DNA of 62,668 nt, counting the filler, from Dugesia japonica (taxonomy: Eukaryota), in assembly GCA_001938525.1 (NCBI GenBank). It is 6 parts of 6 records of this genome, joined end to end, with 100 filler letters (N's around TTAATTAATTAA, not from the genome) between each part and the next. Parts side by side here need not be neighbours in the genome. Positions count along the whole stretch, not along the records: positions 53,272 to 62,668 come from MQRL01498841.1; 5 more parts are not named here. One strand, given 5' to 3'. Numbering within the stretch: the stretch's first letter is position 1; each line of letters opens with the position of its first letter. The position numbers and the translations under genes are program-made. This document shows, piece after piece, positions 54,629 through 62,668 of this stretch. The notes under the pieces are model-generated. The model saw only the letters and a list, made by a program, of their open reading frames with translations, had not been told where the DNA came from and ran no database searches.

Positions 54629-57600
54629 ATGTCCAGTAATTGTTCATACAATTATTTTTATAGAATGCATGCCCAACATTTATCTGAATTCAATAAGAAA
54701 TCATTATTTTTAAAAATAATTACTAGTTATATTCCGCTGTGTTAGAAATTAAAATTAGAGCCTAAAGTTATAGATATTAATGATGATGAAACAGTAGTTA
54801 AGGTTGAGGTTTTTGATACTCCAGTTGTTGATTCGGTTGTTGGTCTGACTATTCATTCAGTTAATGATCCAACTGTTGATCTAGATGGTTATTTTATTGA
54901 TCTAGATAAGGAAATAAGTGATGGAGACTAGGTTTTGTATAAGTTTATAGAAGAGGAAGCCAACGTTGATGGTTGTCTTAATCTCGGTGAACCTGTTGTG
55001 GAAACACATTTGCATAAATATTATCGAATATTAAAATTAGATGTTTCTANNTATAATATNAGAGAAATTANGTCTGAAAAATTAGTTAAGCAGGTATTGG
55101 CTTCAATTAAANAAATNAAAAATGTCAAAATTCAATTTGGTATTGAAAGGATGAGGAAATTAAGACTTGTAGGATATCTAATAGGACTGTTTAATTGACT
55201 GATTATTGTTTTGATGATGGTATTACGCAATTAAACGAGAAAATAGTTATAAGATCTAAATTAGAAATTAGTTGGACCTTAAACTGAATTTTAGAAATTT
55301 CTTCAAAATTATCTAAAGTTTCTAATATAAGTAGACTCTCTGAAAGTATTTGGATTTATAGTCTAAAAGATTTAAAAGATAAAAATGCTAAAGTCAATGT
55401 GAAAAATAATGATGATTTATGCTTCATATACAGTATTCTTGCTGTACTTGAGCGAAATGATTTTAACATAAACATAGGAATTTCGAAGAACAAAATAAGA
55501 AATATCTAGGAGATTTTGTATTTGGCTGTTCTGACATGCTAATGAGGCTGGCTAATATTCAAAAGTTTGAAAGGCTCTCCAGAAATGTTTTATCTTGGAA
55601 TTTTGTTTCTGTTGACGATTATGAAGATTATCAATTAATTATGAAACATCCTAATTTAGACATTATTCATAAGAGTAAAGTTAAAGGGAGAAATATACTT
55701 GTTATTGTTTGAGCATAAGGACAAATATCATTACACTGCAGTAATGCATTTAAATAGGTTAATGAATTGCAATGTTAAAAATACTGGGATGCGAATTCAA
55801 TCTACTTGTTGTCCAAATTGCTTGAATGGGTTTAAGAATAAGATTTCGTTTGAGAAACATGAATTTCTTTTTGAAAGGTTTCAAGCGGGAACCACTTTGT
55901 AAAGAATGAATGATGAGAAAGAGTTAATATTTAAGGATTACTCAAAGACAATAACTTCTTCTTTTGTACTTTACGCTGATTTTGAATCAGTTTTACCCAA
56001 AGATTCTAAATGTTATGCTATTTTTTATTTATTTTTATTATTTTTTATTAAAAATCTTGTTTTTAGAGTATATAAGTACAACCTGAGTGTATGTTTATAC
56101 TTATGTGTAATACTATAAAAAATTAAATTAAATAATTTGAAAAATATAAGAATTGATAGAATTATAGATTGACAAATTACAAATTTAAAAAACTATTAAA
56201 AATTGCAAAAACTTGGCAACCACCGAATAGAAAAGAAATTTTAAAACAATTATTGGAACTAGATCGAAATTTTAAATAAAATACTCAAGATAAAAAGGAA
56301 ACTCCAAACACCGTCCTAGTATTCTAATTTGGTCCAATTTTTGTTATTTGGAATCACTGTATAATTTAGTTAGAAACCCACAAATTAACACCAATTAATC
56401 AAGTCCACAGAAAGCCAAAGCACTCCCAATTACAACCACCAAGAAATTATAAAATAAATAGTAAATTTACATTACATTTTTGTTCAAATAAAACTTGGTT
56501 AAAATTAGTTTGATTGAAAAGTTTTGAATTAACTTTGTATACAAATATTTTCTATATTTTTTTTCTGTAATATTATAATTTAATTATCAAACACAACATA
56601 CATCACGGTTTTTCCCAACGTTGAGACAGGAGACGCTTCCGGGCTCAAGAAATTTCCTTTACAAATTAAATTAATAATAATAATAATAATAAATTATATA
56701 AAGAAAAATACATATAGAATCCTCCTATCAAGCGGTAATAACCTTTCAACTTAANAAATTATTTTTCATAACACTAAATATTTTCAACGTCATGAACAGA
56801 TTTCTGCTGGACTTTTACTAGTAAATAATTTTACTTATGAAGTTAAGTATTATCAACTCATTAGCTATGATTGCATTTTTGATTTCTTGCAAATGATTTA
56901 GAATATAACTAAAAACATTGTCCAACCTTATTATGAGAAAAAATAGCTGAAAGTCGATTATAATTACACATGATGAAGACATAAGTTCTAAAAGATCTAC
57001 AATCTTTTATTATTGTAGAAACGTAATTAAAAACCTTGAAATATACCATGATCACTTCACTGGTAAATATATAGGAGCTGCTTCTTCCAAATGCGATATA
57101 AGTAGAAAAATAAGGTTTAAACTTGCTATAGTATTTCATAATTTGAAGGGATACGATCTCCATCATTTTTTAAAGTATGGACTTAGTAACGTTTTAAATT
57201 AGGAGATTTCTTGTATTCCTACGATCAGTGAAAACCTTTTAAGTTTGACTGCGCATATATCAAAAGTATCTGTAAAGTTCTTAGATAGTTAACAATTTAT
57301 AAACTCTTCACTTGATGCTGCTGTTAAGACAATAAATTCAACTCCATTAACATCAAAGGAGTTTAAGGATAGTCGACTGATTAAGACTAAGGGGATTTTC
57401 CTTATAATTTTGCGACTAGTTTATAGGTTTTAGAGGAGAGATTATCATTATCACCAATTAGGGATGGAGGTACCGAAGACAGTTATTTGAAAGCTATTGA
57501 GATGTTGAAACTTTGTAACTATAAGAATCTTTTGGACTATATGATGATCTATTTGAAACTTGATGTTTTTCTTCTAGCTAATTTCTTTCAACAATTTAGG

Positions 57601-59038
57601 GCTAAATCTTTAGAGCATAATAGGTTAAAAACACTTAATTTCTTTGGTATTCCTGGAATGAGTTGGGCTTCTGCCTTAATGACTTTAAATGAGCTTTTGA
57701 TTCATTGAGCCTTTGACCAATAATGATATGTACACTTTTTTGAAGGTGGTATCAGAGGAGGTCTTACTTTTTTAAATAAGAATTATGTAGATACAAATGA
57801 TAATAATAAAATTTTTTATAAAGACATAAATAATTTATTTGGTTGGGTTTTAAGCAAAATGCAACCTTTTAAGAATTTTGAATGGGTGTATAGTGACTTG
57901 GAAAATATTCTTGTTGACTTAGATTTAGACTCTTTGTCTTATGGTCATAGTGTTGAAATTGATATGATGATTCCAAACGAGCTCCATGAACACTTAAGTG
58001 ATTTACCTCTTGCTGCTGAACAACAAATTGTACCAGGTACTAAAATTAAAAATTTATTATTAAAACATCACCCAAAGAAAACTATGTAATGCATTGGAGG
58101 TTACGTCAACTGTATTTACAAATAGTAGTTCAAGTGACTAAAATTCATAGAGCTGTAAAATTTGATCAAGATGATATCTTTAAGGCTTATGCAGATAGGA
58201 ACACTGCATTAAGGTCGGAAAGTAAAAATGAGTTAGACAAAAATTATTTTAAGTTACTCAATAACTTTACAGTTAAAAATCTTAATGAATCTCCGTCTTT
58301 GTAACTTTGCTAAAACGTTGGTGACTTATACTTCCAAATCGAGCTATTTAAAAACCTTTAAAATCGACAAGGATCTGATTGCTGTTCAACTTAATAAGGA
58401 TATTATTTGTTGGGATCGTCTAAGTTACATTGGACAATCTGTACTTGATTTATTTAAGCTTAGGATGTATCAGCTTCAGTTTATAGAATTATAAAAAGAC
58501 AATAAGGAAGGGAATTATTGTATAACAATTGTTGCGGGTACACAGACAGCTTCTTTCTAGAAGTTAAAAATATTAAATTAGAGAAATTGCTAGGCTAAAT
58601 GGTTCAAGATAGATTGTGAGACACGTCTAATTATAGTAAAGACCATCTAATTTTCAATGATGACTTGAATTTCATTGTTGGGAAATTTGAAGACGAGTCC
58701 AAAGGCAATTGGTATAAAGGCATAAAGACATAAGGTATATAGATTTTTCTGAGATCAAAATGTTACAGTTTCCATAGCAAAAAACGTCTATGAAGGCTAA
58801 GGAAGTAACATTAAAATGTACTGATATAAATCATCAGTCATACCTTGATTGTTTTAATGATAATCAAAAGGTCTCATTTAATTAATTTAGAATGCTTAAT
58901 AAAGACCATCAAATATTTAGTTCAAATAATCCTAAAATTTCATTAACAAACACAGACGACAAACGAGTATGGATAGATAAAAAGATAAGTCTACCATACC
59001 GACATTGTGAAATACCACCCTGTAGTAAAGACGACTAA
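54629..59038 (+). pseudogene. Maverick/Polinton protein-primed family B DNA polymerase (decayed, interrupted by a solo LTR)
   Basis: NVKNNDDLCFIYSILA, YADFES, HDHFTGKYIGAA (EndoVII-like insert), FHNLKGYD, KFLDS, KGIFPY, YLKLDVFLL, GIRGG, DINNLFG, YFKLLNN, YTDSF, GKFEDE, DDKR..LPY.H. Confidence 0.95.
56011..56773. mobile_element. Solo LTR (763 bp) inserted in pPolB
   Basis: TGTTATG...CATAACA termini and 5-bp TSD CTAAA. Excision restores YADFESVLPKDSKYFQRHEQISAG. Confidence 0.92.
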
Positions 59039-59089
59039 GAATCAAATCAGACAATGTACAGGTGATGATTTGTTATTTATTAATTAAAA

Positions 59090-59909
59090 TTAATTTATTT
59101 TTTCAGTATTTTCAAACAAACCTACAATCAAACCAATTATACAACAAGATTTTGTGAATAATTTTTAGTTTCAAAAATTTTCTTTATCTTTTTATTTTGT
59201 TAATTACTTTATTTTAATGTTTATCGGGGTAGACTCTAATATTTAATGTTTTTTCTCTAACTTTTTATGTATAAGGTTTGTTGATTTTTAACCGCGTTAT
59301 TCATGATGAGCACATTTTACCATATTTTTTCTTGTGTTCTTTATATTTATGTATTAAGTTTCAAATGATAATAATAACTCATGGTTAATTTTATTGGATA
59401 AAAGATTGCGTCCATTAAAATTTTAGTTCAATATAAGTTTCAACATGACAAATATGAGTTTTATCTTTTATTATTCCTTTCAATAAAATCATTCACTATT
59501 TGTCTTTATCTTTGCTTACTCATTAGCATCTTTGCGTGCACTTTGGTTTTCACGGTTTTATTTCTTTTAAGTACTTGATTATCAAATATATTGTTAATAA
59601 AATCAATCATTTGATTATAACTTATTTATTTTAAAAATGTTCTGTGTAAGATACTGGGAAAACCAGTAAATATTTGACGAATCATATTAAAATTACCCAA
59701 ACTGATCAATCCCGGAGAAATATCTAATGTCATAATTTGTGTGCAAAATTTTTCCAACTAAATAGACAGGGAAAATACTGGGCCACTTAATCCCATTTCG
59801 TAATATGACATCATTTTTTAAATTGCCAACTAAATGCATTAGGATTAAGTTTCATTACATAACTAATCTGGGGGGGGGTACTGGCACAGTGCGCTACTAT
59901 CTATCTACT
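59090..59909. mobile_element. Maverick terminal inverted repeat and terminus
   Basis: Directly downstream of pPolB. Ends G-run..GTGCGCTACTATCTATCTACT (revcomp AGTAGATAGATAG, the AG-initiated micro-repeat typical of Polinton ends). Confidence 0.75.
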
Positions 59910-62324
59910 TTTTATTTTACTCAATCACACTATTAATAATAATAACCATTAATAACATTATTTGCGAACACTATTTTGTTTTAATCTATTAATTTCTTTT
60001 GTCTTATCCCACTTTTATCTATAATAATAAATATAATAATACCGATCGGATTTACATTTTATTATACTCTAAGCGTAACAATATAATACGGAATATTTTT
60101 TAAATTTCCAGAATCCCTTGAATTTTTTTATAATTAATTTCGCCATTTTAACATTCTACTTCTATAACAATTATATAATTATAAATACTGTTAATATTCT
60201 ATATCATCTTTTCTTGTTCGCTCATTTTATTTCTTGTTCAGATTGTTTGTTTAATCTAATCTGAGAATTCTTTCTTGTAGTTCATTACTCTTTAATCATT
60301 TAATTTATCTAATTAACTTTTAATAATTATTTTGACGTTTTCCATTATTAATTTAAAATCAGTCATTAATACTTCCTTGCTCATCTATCATTTTACTTTA
60401 GTTATTCGTTTGATTTCTGCTTTACATAATTATTTATTTTCTTTATTAATTTATTTTCACAATTCGCACTTTTAATTACTTCATTATTCCAATTTTATTA
60501 TTAATTGTCCACTGTTTTATTTGTTTCTTTCTTTTCCGTATTTACGATTTTTCTTTCAACGTACTCTTTATCTTTTTTTCTCGTTCTAACCCAACAGTTT
60601 TATAGATAATAGTTTAAAAAGATATTGTAACTTGCTGAAAATTTATTAATCACACGTTAAAATCTCAATTTTAAAACAATCTATTTTTTATTAAACAAAA
60701 CACAATTTCAATAAAAACAATAATTAAAACTATACATTTACAAAAAAACCACTTAAAATATTCTAAAATACTATCACACCTTATATATATATATACAATA
60801 TCAAATATATATATTAATATAGTTGGTATCTGTGGTCGAAAATCATAACCCTCGAATGATGGGACTTTTAGTTTGACCAAATAAATAAAATTGAGTTGCA
60901 TATTCNNATTCAATTCCATTTATTTCAATCTTGATTAAATAATTTCGAAATTTATTGATAATGAGAACTGAGACAAATGTGAAATACTAATATTATTTAT
61001 CCATGAAAATGTACTCATTCACCTGGATTAAATCTATATCAGGATTGCTTGCGTTAAAATGAATAATTATTAAAATTTCTCCAAGTTAATTCATTTATAC
61101 ACTGTCTGTATTAGCTGTTGATGAAATAACTAGAAAACTGTAACAAGTTAATTCATTTAAACTACGCCTAAAAATGTCTAGAAAATTTACCAAGAGCATT
61201 ACAACATGTCAATTCCTTTGATAGAGAGCTAAATAGCAATTAACTAATAAGAAATTAATAAGAAAATACTTTAATATTACTTCATTNNNNNNNNNNNNNN
61301 NNNNNNNNNNNNNNNNNNNNNNNNNNNNNNNNNNNNNNNNNNNNNNNNNNNNNNNNNNNNNNNNNNNNNNNNNNTAGTAATAATACTAATAACAATTTTA
61401 ATTTGTTAATATTTTATGAAGAACATCTAGTTCTGTCTGGATGAAATTTCAATATTTTTTCAAAACAGTTTGTAAAAGTAGTTACCTTTATTTGATCTAA
61501 CGCAAGTTTCTATCACATTTTTGCATCTAATATTGTTATGGATTGCAATATGTTACATATTGCAGTGTTCACATATTTTTGCCAAATTTTGACCTGAAAG
61601 TCTAAGACTTCCTGTATTTCACTAACAAAATCCAAACTTTAATGGAGGCAGTCATTAATATAGAGTGGTCATTTTACGGAGACAGTCACTTATGAGAGGT
61701 TTCACTCTATATATATTTGACACTGATACAAATAAATTACTTTTCACTAAAATACAATTAATAGATTATATTTTGATGATAATTACATAAATCCAGCCAG
61801 CAACTAAGTTTCAAAGTTCACGGCTTGTATGCTAAGACTTATATATGACTATATTGATTATAAATAAATTTATGTCAATACACAACATGTAATTAAGCAA
61901 ATTATATTGACGTAGCTAATAACAATGATGAGAAAAAATTATACATAAATATCGAAGACAAAAAATTAAATATATTTTTATTGACAAATACAAGTGCATG
62001 ATGAATATGAGTCCAGAATTACGAAAATAAAATTCAATACAATCAAGAACATACCAACTCACTATTTCTCATTGTGAGTATGTTTTGAAAAACGAGTTGA
62101 AATTTTTGTGTGGTTGGTGATTGTTTTTCTTAAAATATTTTATTTAACAAATTTTCAAATTGTATGAAAAATTTATATGACGAATTTGTATTTTGTTAAA
62201 TTTTAAATTACGTTTAGAATAATAAAATAAAAAGTTGTTATAAATTTTAAATTACTTTTAAAATAATGAGGTAAAAATTTGTTTTAAGTTTGAATGGAAA
62301 ATTTAAATAACCTTAATTTAAAAC

Positions 62325-62560
62325 AAAAGCTTTGATCAAAATTTTGTTTTTTTGGTTTTTGATAATAATTCTATATTTCGACTTTGTCCTCGTCAAGAAT
62401 TGACTTTTCCTAACGAGGACAAAGTCGAAATATGGAATTGTTATCAAAATCCAAAAAAAACAAAATTTTGATCAAAGCTTTTTTTTAAATGAATTCTGAA
62501 AAAAGATCAAAGGTTACGTCCAACAATTATTCTCGCAATAATTGCAATTGTAAAACAGCC
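62325..62560. mobile_element. Penelope pseudo-LTR fold-back with two back-to-back hammerhead-like motifs
   Basis: Inverted repeat 62325-62481 centred at ~62403. GGAC AAA GTC GAAA TAT on both strands. Homologous to 37480-37640. Confidence 0.8.
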
Positions 62561-62668
62561 ATAAATAAATTAAAAAAACTTGAAAAGCGATCACCAATTA
62601 AAACATGGATTTAAATTTGTTTCAATAAACAAACAGTGTAGGTTATAGTCTTGTTTGTAAACAAATTT

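Overview
Very AT-rich eukaryotic (animal) genomic DNA with many ~45-60 nt GT-AG introns. The H2B N-terminus and repeat content suggest a triclad planarian (inference). The window is six unrelated pieces joined by artificial 100-bp N44-TTAATTAATTAA-N44 linkers (12048, 22409, 31736, 44495, 53172), so adjacency across those points means nothing. Host genes: a strongly diverged cytoplasmic-type dynein heavy chain (+, partial), an MRCK/DMPK-family kinase (-, partial), an H2B pseudogene and a possible unknown spliced gene. Most of the rest is mobile DNA: mariner and Tc1-like relics, hAT and Tigger MITEs, a decayed Gypsy element, LTRs, Penelope-like elements with minimal hammerhead ribozymes, a 5S-rRNA-derived repeat and decayed Maverick/Polinton (adintovirus-like) sequence. 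The best candidate for an undescribed system is a Maverick structural module (ATPase, integrase, penton, core proteins) carrying its own miniature TATA-binding-protein homologue. That gene is head-to-head with the packaging ATPase across a perfect 16-bp palindrome of two back-to-back TATAAA boxes. A second candidate is an array of small acceptor-ORF-AATAAA cassettes at 17.9-20.1 kb, two of which start with TG as if the ATG were completed by splicing.
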